The position numbers were made by a program, and so were the translations under genes. From the NCBI GenBank assembly GCA_963713605.1, contig CAVQMO010000001.1, positions 864,001-928,000 of the forward strand: 64,000 nt of DNA. Reading direction: 5' to 3'. A model generated the notes under the pieces. It was not told the DNA's origin. It saw nothing but the letters and a program-made list of their open reading frames with translations, and ran no database searches. The stretch comes from an uncultured Nitrososphaerales archaeon (GTDB lineage: Archaea > Thermoproteota > Nitrososphaeria > Nitrososphaerales > Nitrososphaeraceae). Shown here piece after piece: positions 1 to 11,317 of this stretch (the stretch's first letter is position 1; each line of letters opens with the position of its first letter).

Positions 1-185
1 CAACCTCTTCCCTCAAATTTGATGTCTTTGACAATATTATCTTCAACCTTTAAATGAATGTCAATTTCATCTCCGCACAGAGGATTGCTATCATGAAAGC
101 TTACATCCGCGTCAGAAAGCCTCCCCTTATTTCTAGGATTTCGATAATGATCAAGTATTATCTCTCTGTAAATATCTTCACTCAG
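1..185 (-). CDS. Fe-S cluster scaffold protein, SufU/IscU/NifU-N family (5' part; runs off window start)
   Basis: Manual translation (not in the ORF track): (M)SEDIYREIILDHYRNPRNKGRLSDADVSFHDSNPLCGDEIDIHLKVEDNIVKDIKFEGRG. Has the LDHYxNPRN and NPxCGD motifs and overlaps the sufS stop. Apparent start is CTG at 185. Confidence 0.9.
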   Translation of the reverse strand, partial: MSEDIYREIILDHYRNPRNKGRLSDADVSFHDSNPLCGDEIDIHLKVEDNIVKDIKFEGRG

Positions 186-1429
186 AGTCCAAACAACCTC
201 CGCGCACTTTGTAAAGCGTCAATCAGTATATTAACTTCATCTTTTGAGTTATAAATATAGAAGCTAACCCTTGATGTAGCAGAAACATCCAATCTCTCCA
301 TAAGTATCTGAGCACAATGATGTCCTGACCTCATCGCGATACCGAAGTCATTTAAGATAGTAGCCAAGTCGTGTGGATGAATGTCACCCAAATTGAAAGA
401 TATGACTGCACCTCTTTCATTCATATCGTGCGGGCCGTATATTGTGATACCTTGAATCTCTTTCATTCTTTCTAGAGCGTATTCAGTAATCTGCATCTCA
501 TGTTCTCGAATATTCTCAAACCCAAGTTCGTTCAGATAATCTATCGCCGCTCCAAAGCCTATTACGTCAGCAATGTTAGGGGTCCCTGCCTCAAATTTGT
601 AAGGCAGGTCATTAAATAAAGTATTGTGTTTATGGACTTCCTTAATCATATCTCCACCTCCAATGAAAGGTGGCATCTCCTCAAGAATTTCCCTTTTCGC
701 AAAGAGAATCCCAACTCCAGTTGGACCTAGCATTTTGTGAGCAGAGAAAGCCATAAAATCGCAGTCAAGATCATGAACATCGACTTTCATATGAGGCACC
801 GACTGGGCCGCATCGATCATCAGTGGCACGTTCACTTCGTGAGCAAGCTTCGTCATTTCCTTTACAGGCAAAATAGTACCTAAAACGTTAGACATTTGGG
901 ATATTGAGACCAATTTCAGATTGGGATCGTGAACTTTTTGTGCGAACTCCTCAATGTCAATCCGCCCATCATCTCCAATACCCAAATAATCCAAGGATGC
1001 CCCAACTTCTCCAGCTACTAACTGCCACGGCACGATATTGCTGTGATGCTCGATTTCAGTTATCAGTACCTTATCCCTTTTAGCCAGGTGCTGGCGAGCC
1101 CAACACTTAGCTATTAGATTTATTGACTCGGTCGCGTTTCTAGTAAAGATAATTTCGTCAGCAGAACTTGCGTTGACTAACTTGGCAACCTTCTGACGAA
1201 CCTCCTCATACGCGAATGTTGCCTCCTCCGCCAATTGATGTACTGCTCGATGAATATTTGAATTATAGTTCATGTAGTAATTGCTAATAGAGTCTATCAC
1301 AGTTCTAGGCTTTTGTGTAGTAGCAGCGTTATCGAGATAGATTAGTTTATGGCCTCCTTTAATCCTTCTTTGAAGGATTGGAAAATCGTCCCTTATTATT
1401 TCAACATCTATGGTCGAACTCTGCAACAT
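182..1429 (-). CDS. sufS: Cysteine desulfurase, SufS family
   Basis: YLDNAATTQKP, EHHSN, PLP lysine in SAHKMLGPTG, group II signature RSGHHCA. Confidence 0.95.
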   Translation of the reverse strand: MLQSSTIDVEIIRDDFPILQRRIKGGHKLIYLDNAATTQKPRTVIDSISNYYMNYNSNIHRAVHQLAEEATFAYEEVRQKVAKLVNASSADEIIFTRNATESINLIAKCWARQHLAKRDKVLITEIEHHSNIVPWQLVAGEVGASLDYLGIGDDGRIDIEEFAQKVHDPNLKLVSISQMSNVLGTILPVKEMTKLAHEVNVPLMIDAAQSVPHMKVDVHDLDCDFMAFSAHKMLGPTGVGILFAKREILEEMPPFIGGGDMIKEVHKHNTLFNDLPYKFEAGTPNIADVIGFGAAIDYLNELGFENIREHEMQITEYALERMKEIQGITIYGPHDMNERGAVISFNLGDIHPHDLATILNDFGIAMRSGHHCAQILMERLDVSATSRVSFYIYNSKDEVNILIDALQSARRLFGL

Positions 1430-1681
1430 ATTACTAATTTTCTCCTTCAGAGAGCGTCCTCAGATAAGCAATATCTCTTATGTCATATTTAAATGAGAGC
1501 ACTCCGGGCCTTACAGTACAAGGCCGTAACAAAGTAGCGAATTTCTTGCCCTATTGTATTTACTATCGCATTTAAGTCAGCCTCAACTCATCAGAAACAG
1601 GTCTCAAGTCTTATTTTGCGACTGTTTGTGCGGCCTACTCGGCAAGTTTAAATTGGAATATCATGAATCTTAAAAATCAAC

Positions 1682-1927
1682 GTGACAGTTGTTCTCTGGC
1701 GGGAACCTTGGCTCAAGCCGTTGACTGATACGGAAACCGGCACCGATATTTGTGCCGTCTGTAGAAAAGGCTTTCAAGCCATGGATTTTGTAACTTCTTG
1801 CGAATTTTGTTCCATTGGGGTAATCCACGATAGCTGTGCACGCGAACATATTCTACACGAACATAAACCATTGTTGGATAGAAAGGTTATGTTGCACAGA
1901 GATAGGAGACTGCATGACTATCAGTAA
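1682..1927 (+). CDS. Small Cys/His-rich zinc-finger protein
   Basis: CAVC...CEFC...HDSCAREHILHEH pattern; AT-rich TATA-like element (TTTAAA) upstream. Confidence 0.7.
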   Translation: MTVVLWREPWLKPLTDTETGTDICAVCRKGFQAMDFVTSCEFCSIGVIHDSCAREHILHEHKPLLDRKVMLHRDRRLHDYQ

Positions 1928-1933
1928 GCCGGA

Positions 1934-2951
1934 TTAGCTGTTCGAAGCTTCAAGATCGAACTCCTTGTATAACCAGCATTTTACAAATCCCGTTTTAGTT
2001 TTGAATAGAGGGGGATCCTGTAAACATACGTCCATCGCATGAGGACATCTTTCGTAAAATCTACATCCCTTTAATTCCGAAGCCAAGTCAGGAGGATTCC
2101 CTTTGATAGAGTCAATTCTGTTTTGAGTGGAATGTATCTTAGGTATTGCTCTAATCAAAGCCTGAGTATATGGATGCCTTGGATTAACCAGTAGTTCCGA
2201 TGATGAAGACAGTTCTACAATCTGCCCAGCATACATAATCCCTATCTTGTCGGCGATCTCTGAAATCAGAGAAATATCATGGGTTATCATTACAATGTTC
2301 ATATTTCTTTCTGCTTTGAGTTTCTTAAGCAAATTCATAATTTGCGCTTGCACAAGGACGTCTAATGCTGTAGTAGGTTCGTCTGCAATGAGAATGAGGG
2401 GCTGTAGTAGAAGAGCCATAGCTATGACAACGCGTTGCTTCATACCTCCACTTAACTCGTGAGGATATCTGTTGGCGACCGACTTGTCAAGTCCAACGTC
2501 TGTCAGCGCCTGATAGATTAATTGTTCAAAATCACCTTTAATCTTGTGTTCTTGCATAAGCTCACGCAACTGTTCGGAGATTCTGTAAACGGGATCAAGA
2601 CTATTCATGGCACCTTGGAATACTACTGCAATTTTTTTCCATCTCATTTCATGATTAAAATAACTCTCCGATAAATCGAGCACATTTTTTCCGTTAACGT
2701 ATATCTTTCCCTTTACTATCTTACCAGGAGGACTTACCGAACGGATAATCGCCGCCCCTAAAGTACTCTTTCCCAGAGGCTGACTCACCGACAATTCCAA
2801 TCGTTTCATTGCCGCTTATTTCAAATGAAATGTCATCGACCGCTCTAACCCTACCTCGATTGGTGAAATAGTAAACCTGAAGGTCTTCTACCCTTAATCT
2901 AGAATCTTCAAGGTCCATCGAGTCGTCTGGTTTAGGCGTGCCTTGCGACAA
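1934..2951 (-). CDS. Oligopeptide/dipeptide ABC transporter ATP-binding subunit (OppD/DppD family); one frameshift near 2780
   Basis: N-terminal ORF ends at IGIVGES and the second ORF resumes GKSTLG (split Walker A); LSGGMKQR, ILIADEPTTALD, C-terminal GCRFYERC oligo_HPY domain. Confidence 0.9.
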
Positions 2952-3252
2952 TCAACAGATACGACGGGTCAGTGTCATATGAACCGTACCGTCTTTTTTG
3001 ACTTCCACAGAAATGGCCTGGCTTAGTAATCACCCGGTTACATCAGTCTTCCAGTGGAGCTTTATCATTGGTAAAGCCACACCTGCATCGAGTCTTGAAC
3101 AATGGGTTCGGGACAAGACATTAAGGGATGGCTGACCAATACGTGCCTTTAACAACACAACACCTTGCACACAGTACGTTCGAAGGCACATGATCGGAAT
3201 TTACCTTGCCAACAGGTTATATAACAGAAATGATAATTAACCAAAGCTTCTG

Positions 3253-3775
3253 TTGAAAACTCCTATTTGCTTGTTTGATGCAAAGACCGGAATTCTGTGT
3301 TCAAAGTGTGATGCAAAGCTGAACTTCAGGTCAGCTTAACCAAGCAGCCGTGTATTCCTCTATCAAACTTGCAAAATTGGCAGAGAAGGACCAAGAGATC
3401 AGCAAATTTACATTAGTTGGTTCTCACAAGGTAGATGATGATTATATTCTCTTCCTGAGAACTTCGGATATCATTACCTTGAGAAGTAACCCATCTATTG
3501 TTAAAAAATTTGCAGGTGAATTCAATGCTAATCTTTGGTTTGTAGAAGCAGAGGGGACAGATAGGAGATTTATGGAAAACCTATTTTACCCTCTACGAAT
3601 CCTGAATATGAATTTAATTTGGTTACCGGACGGGAATAAATTGACGCGGGTAATAGTAAGTCAAGAGTCGGCAAATAGGCCAAAGTTCCCACTTGATGTG
3701 GAAAAAATCAGGAAGGTTGCCAGGGCGGTAAAGAAAATTGATCTCATAGTAGAATTTGAAACTCAGTCAAATTAG
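3253..3775 (+). CDS. Archaeal NusA-like protein with N-terminal Cys motif; frameshift near 3325
   Basis: TTG at 3253 gives MKTPICLFDAKTGILCSKCDAKL, which joins ORF 3350-3775; sits directly upstream of aspS. Confidence 0.7.
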
Positions 3776-3794
3776 GATAATTTGGGGTTAATTA

Positions 3795-5184
3795 ATGTCA
3801 GAGAAGCTAAACATGACTAGATCTCATCTTGCAGACTGCATCACTATCGATCTCGTAGACAGAGATATTAGTGTAGCAGGATGGATTGAAGATATACGAG
3901 ACATTGGGAAACTAGGCTTTGTATCGATAAGAGACTTTACAGGCATGATGCAGATCATTGTCGCTGGAGATCTGTTGGGTCAAATTAGGATGATCCCAAG
4001 ACAAAGCTGCGTTCTGGTTGAGGGAAAAGTTCAAAGAAGTAAAGCGAAGAATGTCGGTTTTGAGATTAAAGCGAACAAGATTTCCCTCTTATCGAAGGCT
4101 ATTCATCCACTCCCCATCGATCCAACAGGACGTGTCGAATCCTCAACAGACAAGAGAATCGATTCAAGAGCATTGGACCTCCGGGACCCTAAGGTTTCTG
4201 CGATCTTTAGACTACGCTCTTCTGCGTTGCAAACAATACGCAATTTTCTTCGGTCAAGAAGATTCATTGAGGTAACTACGCCCAAGATAATTGGAACTTC
4301 TACTGAGGGTGGAGCGAATTTATTTAGATGCGATTATTTTGGTAAAAATGCCTATCTAGCACAGAGCCCACAGCTGTATAAAGAGCAGTTGACGGTCGGC
4401 TTGGAACGTGTGTTTGAAGTAGGTCCATATTTTAGGGCAGAAAAATCTCATACTGTCAGGCATTTGGCCGAGTTCACGAGCGTAGACGTGGAAGCGAGCA
4501 TTTCTGGATTATACCGACGTTATGGAAATTGTTGCCGATCTAGTTAGAAAAGTAATCCATGATCTGAAGCATCATTGCAGCGCTGATCTAAAAATGACAT
4601 GGCAGAAGACCGCAGAGCCTGATACTGTGGATAACCAGAATCAGGGTGAAGCCTTCCATAAAATGGAGGAAATGTTTGGCATTTCAATTGATACTTTAGT
4701 AGACCCTTCGGAATTAAAAATTGAGCAATTAACCTATGAAAAGGCTATAGACGAATTAAGGGAGCAGGGAGAATCTTTGTCCTTTGGTGACGATCTTTCT
4801 GATACTGCGTTACGGAAACTTGGCGATTTGCATAAAGGGTTCTATTTTATCACAGATTGGCCGATGAGGCTGAAGCCCTTTTACATTCATGAAAAGGAAG
4901 GAAACCAGGAGTTGTCTTGTTCCTTCGATCTTCAGTTTGGCTACCTAGAACTTGTCTCTGGAGGCAGAAGACAGCATGACCCAGATAAGCTGAAGAATAG
5001 GATCATAGAACAGGGCTTAGATCCTTCAGGATTCGAAGATCATTTGAAAGCGTTCCACTGGGGAATGCCGCCTCATTCGGGGTGGGGATTGGGATTTGAT
5101 CGACTCATGATGGTTCTGACAAATTCTCAGAATGTTCGCGATGTCGTCTTATATCCTAGAGATGTGGAAAGACTTAGGCCTTAA
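3795..5184 (+). CDS. aspS: Aspartyl-tRNA synthetase (archaeal type); frameshift near 4500
   Basis: OB-fold N-terminus, YLAQSPQLYKE, motif 2 FRAEKSHTVRHLAEF, motif 3 GMPPHSGWGLGFDR, split over two ORFs. Confidence 0.95.
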
Positions 5185-5201
5185 AAGCCACAATTTTATT
5201 C

Positions 5202-5658
5202 TTACGGTTTATTTTGCGCAGATGATGATTCCACTTTGATTTGAACTACTTCATCGTCAAGGATATAAGCGGCAAAGCTCGCTGGACAGCGTCGAATAGA
5301 TTAACCAGACCACGGGGTTAAGTTCCATATATTTTCTGTCCGTTGAAGAGGGATATGGTTTTGATGAATGTGAATGAAATATACCAACCACCTCCATGTT
5401 ACGAGAACTGATCTCCTTATAGGCATTAATTAATTCATTTGAATCGATTCTAAAGGAATAAATCGAATTGTCGGCGTTACGCATACGAATGATAGAATGA
5501 ACGTTGGCCCGTTCTTCAACCGATTTACCATAGATAATCCCGAAGGTCCCTTCTAGTAGAGCACATGCCTCAGTAGGATAGCAGTGTTTTGCGATTCCTT
5601 CAAGTTCAAGAAGATGTTGTTGAGAGATAGAGACCGTGATTATCAAGAGGCAAGACAA
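5202..5658 (-). CDS. JAMM/MPN+ (Mov34) metalloprotease; frameshift near 5280
   Basis: YPTEACALL and GIFHSHSSKPYPSSTD (E-HxH-S-D); alternate frame continues FAAYILDDEVVQIKVE to a stop at 5202. Confidence 0.85.
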
Positions 5659-5737
5659 ACTAACAACAGGAGATGATCGCTAACCGTCAACTCGGGAAAA
5701 ATTCAGGTCAAAATAATTTGCCTTAGCCACCAAAAAT

Positions 5738-6782
5738 CTAGAAGTCAATATGATTTAGTTTGTTAACTAGACTTGTCGAGGTGTAATCCATGCCGACCAA
5801 TGAGTTGCCAGAATATTGCGTCAACGCCAGCTGTGAATCAGGACTAATTGACGACACATTTGTAATAGGAGAAGAATCCAAGTTGGACTGGTTACCATTT
5901 GTGGTAGCGTTGTTCCCTTCGAAGGCGAAGCTGAGCTTTCATAAATGGGTGCAAAGTGCAGAAATAATCATAATTATCCTCACTTAGATTTGAGGTTGGA
6001 AGGAGAAATGTATCTCCGGCCATTATTAGTGAAGAGTCAAAAGTTTTACCCTCATCAATAGCACTAGTCACGGTGTGAGGTGTATTGTCATTATTTGTCC
6101 ATTCAATTGAGTCGCCTTTTGATATGTTAAGAATGGCAGGGTCATAGGAGGGATTGCCCTGCGCCGAGGCACCAGGGGGAATACTAACGCTCTCAACAGG
6201 TCCAGAGCTCGGTCCTGTAGCATTACTGGCGTTGCCAGAAGCCACAGACTCTGCAGCTGATCCATTCCCACTGGTTGAGGACGCATTCCCGTCTCCCTGC
6301 TGTCCTTGTACAGCATCCTGCTCGGATGGTGACTTTGGAGAAACCAATCCAAAAACGTAAAAAGTTCCACCGCCCACAACTGCTGCGGCGACAAATATCA
6401 CGGTTATAGCCTTCACATATGGACTCTCTTTATACGATGCCACTATTATCACGGTCGCAGGAATAGCAATCACCATCATCAATCCAATGAAGGCAAATAT
6501 GCTAGGTACGGTAGTACTTACAGTAACAGCTGCTGCAATGCCGAATGTAACCAGAAATCCTAATGTGATGAATGTTGCTGATTTGGCCCTAGGGCTCCTC
6601 GGAAATCCATCCTTAAATATTCCTGCGGAAAGGAAGATCAAACCAATAAAGAGTGTCAACAAAGATACGGCATGCATTCCGTCGATAAACGTCTTGGCTA
6701 TACCTGCAAGGGAAATTCCTACTCCTACTATTCCTATCGAAGTAAGGCCAATGCCTGGCGTCAGTAGGTCCCAATCGCTCAT
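5738..6782 (-). CDS. Multi-pass membrane protein with a plastocyanin/azurin-like blue copper domain; C-terminal frameshift near 5930
   Basis: About 5 N-terminal hydrophobic helices, Ser/Gly/Asn linker, then WTNNDNTPHTVTS...YFCTLHPFM type-1 Cu ligands. Confidence 0.88.
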
Positions 6783-6958
6783 ATCGTTATGTTGTTGGGA
6801 GCAAACCCAGATAATTAATCTTTACTGGTATTGCCGATGGTTCAATTTCTAACTTAAAGTACCACGGTGTTTTTGTAGGGCTAAGTGTGGGGCTAATGAG
6901 CAACACATTGGCTAAACAACATACAGAAACATCAAGTTTCAAATACTTTAACACATAC

Positions 6959-8101
6959 CTAACATATGTAAGAAATCCTATCACCTTGATCAAAAAAGTA
7001 CAGATATCCATCTCTGGAGCCCACAAGAAGCATCCCTCCTGCTAGACACGGCGAGGAGTCTATCATATCCATTGTAGGAAATTTCCAAAGTAACTGGCCG
7101 GTGAGTATGTCCAAGTAGTATATATGTGAATCAAGTGATCCAACGAAAACTTTCAGGCCTTTTGTCAAAAGTGGTGACGACCATATTTTGCCAGCAGTTT
7201 TAAACTTCCAGATCAAAGAACCATCGGCAGCACTCAAACAATGCAGATGTCCGTCTGAGGAACCTATCAAGACATAGCTTTGAATTGAAGAAGGAGAGGA
7301 GAGCAAAGGTGATCTTAAATCTGAAGACCAAAGTATTGCACCATTGTCTTTGTTTATCCGATAGAGATAACCAATCTGAGTTCCTATGTAAAGAGAAGGG
7401 AATCCCAGATCCTTGTCATTATCCGCATCGCTTGAAAGACAAGGAGAAGAGGATCTGACCTTGCCATCAAGATTTGTTTTCCAAACCATCTTTCCGTCCA
7501 AATCTAATGCATACAACATGCAATCATCAGAGCCTATGAAGATTCTATGTCCGTCAGACGATGGTGAACACCAGACCTCGCCTCCTGTAGCAAACTGCCA
7601 TCTGAGATTACCTTCGTTATTTAAGGCGTAAATCTTTCCGTCTAGACATCCGAAAACATGAATATCTTCGATAGAACATATCGATGAAAATACTCCGTTT
7701 TGCAACTCATACTTCCACTTCTCGGTTGCGTCGTGAATATTAAAGGCACTAACACTACTAGGTACACCATCAGCGGCATGTTCGTAGACCCATTTTGAAA
7801 AGGTTGCCACTATTAGATGGTCTTTATATAGTGAGGGGCTGGACACTACGGGATTGGATGCATTAACATGCCATTTAACGACCAAGCTCGCTCTATCAAT
7901 TCGATATATGCGACCAGTGATTGTACCCACAAACACCGATTGATTGTCTAACACCGGTGAGGATAAGATAGGACCTACTTTTATCATATTCCTAAATAAG
8001 GGCTTGCGCAAAAAGCCACTATTGGACGTACCAGACCTCTGGTTACTGCCTTTGAAGCAGGGCCAAGAATCTTGTGATTTTGAGTCTGACTGTGAGGACA
8101 T
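6959..8101 (-). CDS. PQQ-binding-like (BamB-type) beta-propeller repeat protein
   Basis: Repeated SSP...GSxDGxxYxLD...GxxxWxF blades. Confidence 0.85.
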   Translation of the reverse strand: MSSQSDSKSQDSWPCFKGSNQRSGTSNSGFLRKPLFRNMIKVGPILSSPVLDNQSVFVGTITGRIYRIDRASLVVKWHVNASNPVVSSPSLYKDHLIVATFSKWVYEHAADGVPSSVSAFNIHDATEKWKYELQNGVFSSICSIEDIHVFGCLDGKIYALNNEGNLRWQFATGGEVWCSPSSDGHRIFIGSDDCMLYALDLDGKMVWKTNLDGKVRSSSPCLSSDADNDKDLGFPSLYIGTQIGYLYRINKDNGAILWSSDLRSPLLSSPSSIQSYVLIGSSDGHLHCLSAADGSLIWKFKTAGKIWSSPLLTKGLKVFVGSLDSHIYYLDILTGQLLWKFPTMDMIDSSPCLAGGMLLVGSRDGYLYFFDQGDRISYIC

Positions 8102-8246
8102 GTGATCTATTGTTTGGTTTTAAATACGGAGTACAGTTTTCAACTATAATATGTTACGTACCGCCAAAGTCAATATTGGGGGAAGTTTTCATTTGAATGA
8201 TGGACTAACACTTAAAAATAGGCGAAGATACTCCTCGGTCTATAGC

Positions 8247-8405
8247 TTGGCTGCCAGAAAGAACACTTCGCGAAAAAAGAGATTAATAAAACGTACAAGG
8301 CAGAATAGACCTGTACCAGCATGGGTTATCATTCGTACGCATAGACATGTTAGAACAAATCCCAAAAGGCGTCTCTGGCGAAGGACAGATGTCAACGTCG
8401 GCTAA
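8247..8405 (+). CDS. rpl39e: 50S ribosomal protein L39e
   Basis: [14 protein letters not shown]...[12 protein letters not shown] start at 8247; followed by L31e. Confidence 0.95.
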   Translation: MAARKNTSRKKRLIKRTRQNRPVPAWVIIRTHRHVRTNPKRRLWRRTDVNVG

Positions 8406-8429
8406 AATTAGAGGTGGAGAAAAAGGTTA

Positions 8430-8942
8430 ATGTCTTTGAATGAGACTCCTGAAGAGAGCATTTATACCGTTAATTTCAGAAAAGCTTGGATTACTCCGGA
8501 GTATAAGCGAACAAATAGGGTAATTGGCATATTAAGAGAATTCGTCAAAAGGCACATGAAGACCGATGACATAAAGATTGACCAGTATCTGAATAGATAC
8601 TTGTGGCAGAGAGGAAAACGAAATCCCCCAAGGAAAATTCGCGTTCGGATGACCAAAGACGAAACTGATACTGTTGTGGTTTCACTCTATGAGGAAGAAA
8701 GAAAATCTCGGACACAAGATCACGAATTGAAACAAGAAGTAGAGACACCGGAAGAAAAACCTACCAAAAAGGAGAGTGAAGCGGAAGCCAAAGAAAAGGT
8801 TGAGCTTGAGGATTCGCTGAATAAAGAAGGTAAAGATGCAACCGCAAAGTCTGATGATAAGAATAAAAAAGAACAGGCGCTGAAAACGGTCGAGAAACCA
8901 AAGAAGAAATCTACTAGAAAGAAAAAATCAGCAGAGTCCTGA
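8430..8942 (+). CDS. rpl31e: 50S ribosomal protein L31e with long Glu/Lys-rich C-terminal tail
   Basis: IYTVNF...LNRYLWQRGKRNPPRKIRVR. Confidence 0.95.
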   Translation: MSLNETPEESIYTVNFRKAWITPEYKRTNRVIGILREFVKRHMKTDDIKIDQYLNRYLWQRGKRNPPRKIRVRMTKDETDTVVVSLYEEERKSRTQDHELKQEVETPEEKPTKKESEAEAKEKVELEDSLNKEGKDATAKSDDKNKKEQALKTVEKPKKKSTRKKKSAES

Positions 8943-9096
8943 AATTCATCTTTCAACTTTATTCTCCTTTTGCATGCTGATTAATTTCTGTCTGACGTTG
9001 ATTTGATGGTACTAAACGACGAACAGTTTAACTAAGTCATTTTTAATCGCGCTTTCAACAAAAATTAAAATAATCCCTTCTTTAACTCAGCTCATC

Positions 9097-9784
9097 ATGG
9101 AGGATAAAACTATTGAAACTGGTAGAACTCAAATTAAGGTACTTGCCGCTGTAGCTCTTTTATCTGCCGGTATTTGTTTACCAATTTTGTACATTCAGTC
9201 ATCTTTAGGTCAACTGCACCAACCTGACAGCGACAGTAACGGTAATTCTACACAGGCCATCAACCTTCAAAATATAACTTCGCAACAACAGTCGCGTTCA
9301 GTTAATGAAACAGAATTTGCCACTCATATTTCTCCTGAATTAGGTATAAAGATCGATCATCCAACTGATTGGTCGCCGATTGTTAGAAAATTTGCGAATG
9401 ATGTTCAAGTTCTAGAATTTAATGCTAGTAGATCCGCAATGATGCAGCTTCTTCCTCCCACAGTCCGTATTTCGGTTCACTCCTCAACCCGATATGCAAA
9501 GTCTGAACCAGCTAACTGAGAGTTTACTTGCAATCGCAAGTAATTATCCGAGATTTGATCTCAGGGAGAATGGTACTGATACTCTAGGAAACGCTACAGC
9601 ACAGAAAGTTCTTTACACCTACGGTAGTGGAGACCCTTCCCAGCAATTTACACTTCAGGCAATGGACATCTGGACCTTAAAAGATGGGAAAAGGTATGTG
9701 TTCTCGTATATCGCCCCAGTGTCAGAATTCTCGATGAATCTACCAATTGCAGAACATATGATTAGGTCGTTTACCTTTGAGTAG
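9097..9784 (+). CDS. Membrane-anchored PsbP/Mog1-like domain protein; frameshift near 9490
   Basis: N-terminal TM helix, GIKIDHPTDW, TLGNATAQKVLYTY, YVFSYIA...MIRSF. Confidence 0.7.
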
Positions 9785-9981
9785 TCGCTTTAGATTTATG
9801 GCTGCAAAGAGGTAATTTGAGGCTTGCTTTCCAATGACGGAGGAGCATATGAGTTTAGTATCCCAAACACTTCAGCTCTTCTTAAGAGATAGGAGGCATG
9901 ATGTGATTAGCGCCCAAAGAAAAAGAGCTTCATCCGGCCTTATCAGAAAGTTGGAAGAATTCCAACAATGTCAATCATGAT

Positions 9982-11317
9982 TTGAATGAATCCAAGAGCG
10001 GAGATGGCCTCCCATCACCTAGGGTCTGGATAGAAGCATATGGTTGCTCGGCTAATGTGGCAGATTCCCAAACAATTGCAGGGGCATTGTCAACAAACGG
10101 GTTTGTAATCGCGAAGCCAGACGAAAAGCCTGACTTGAACATAATTGTTACCTGCTCCGTAAAGGATACTACAGAGCATAAAATGATGAGTAGGATAAAA
10201 GCCCTTTCAAAGACCGGAAAGCCGCTCATAATTGCAGGATGTTTGGCAAAAACTGAAACCGGGAAACTTCAAAGGCAATTCAGTGGCGTTTCGTTCTTGG
10301 GACCAAGATCCCTAACTAAGACAGTCAGCTGCGCGAAAGCGAGCAATCAAAGGCATCAGGTCCATTGAATTGGACGATGCAGATGGGCGGGAAAAATTGA
10401 GTATTCCCAGAGTGAGGATTAACCCGGTTGTTAGTATAATTCAGGTAGCAGTTGGATGCTTGAGTGAATGTTCATTCTGTCAGACTAAACTTGCAAAAGG
10501 GCAGATAACTAGTTATAGAATTGGAGACATCATGCTTGCCATAGAAAAGGATGTTAAGGAAGGTTGCCGAGAAATCTGGCTTTCTTCTACTGACAATGGT
10601 TGCTATGGCTTTGATATCGGAACCGACATCATCGAATTGTTGAGAAAGTGCAGGTTAATACCGGGAGATTTTAGAATAAGGATCGGGATGATGAACCCAA
10701 TGTATCTGGGTTCCTTAAAGGACAGATTAATTCAACTACTTGAGGAGTCAGACAAAATCTACCGATTTTTACATATTCCAGTCCAGAGTGGCAGCGAACG
10801 GATACTGCGGTCTATGAAGAGAGGCCACACCGTCAAGATGTACAAGGACATCGTGCAATCTTTTAGGGATAGGTGTCCAGATATTACCATTGGGACCGAT
10901 ATCATTGTTGGTTTCCCAGGCGAGAGTGAAAAGGACTTTGAGGATACATTAGATTTGATTTCTGAGAGTAAACCAGAGATCGTCAACTGTTCGAGATATG
11001 GTGCCAGGCCTGGGACATCCGCAACATTGCTGGATGGTAGATTAACTAGTGAGATAGCCAAAACCAGGAGTGGTCGGGTTCATGAGCTTGCCACAAAGAT
11101 TTCTAGTGAGAGAAACATGAAATGGATTGGATGGAGGGGTAGCATTATCATTGACGAGGTCGGCCAAAATTTTATACAGGGTAGAAACTATGTATATAAA
11201 CCAATTTTCATCAGAAAAAAAGAATTCAATTCTGGTTCAGCACAACTTGGGGATCGAATCATGGTTCAGATCAAGAGGTGCTCTTCACGAGCATTGGAGG
11301 CAGTCGAGCTTGGTTGA
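9982..11317 (+). CDS. mtaB: tRNA methylthiotransferase, MiaB-like (archaeal e-MtaB family); frameshift near 10340
   Basis: UPF0004 N-domain YGCSAN/VTCSVK/AGCL, radical SAM GCLSECSFC, HIPVQSGS, TDIIVGFPGE, C-terminal TRAM-like region. Confidence 0.88.

Noticed and set aside
1560..1600. Hammerhead ribozyme core CTGATGAG (also at 42856-42863)
   Set aside because: No GAAA closing a stem II and no stem I/III pairing.
3795..5184. Programmed frameshifting or genuinely split genes in aspS, hemL, mtaB and others
   Set aside because: No shared slippery motif; breaks are frequent, random and also affect rRNA, which fits sequencing error.
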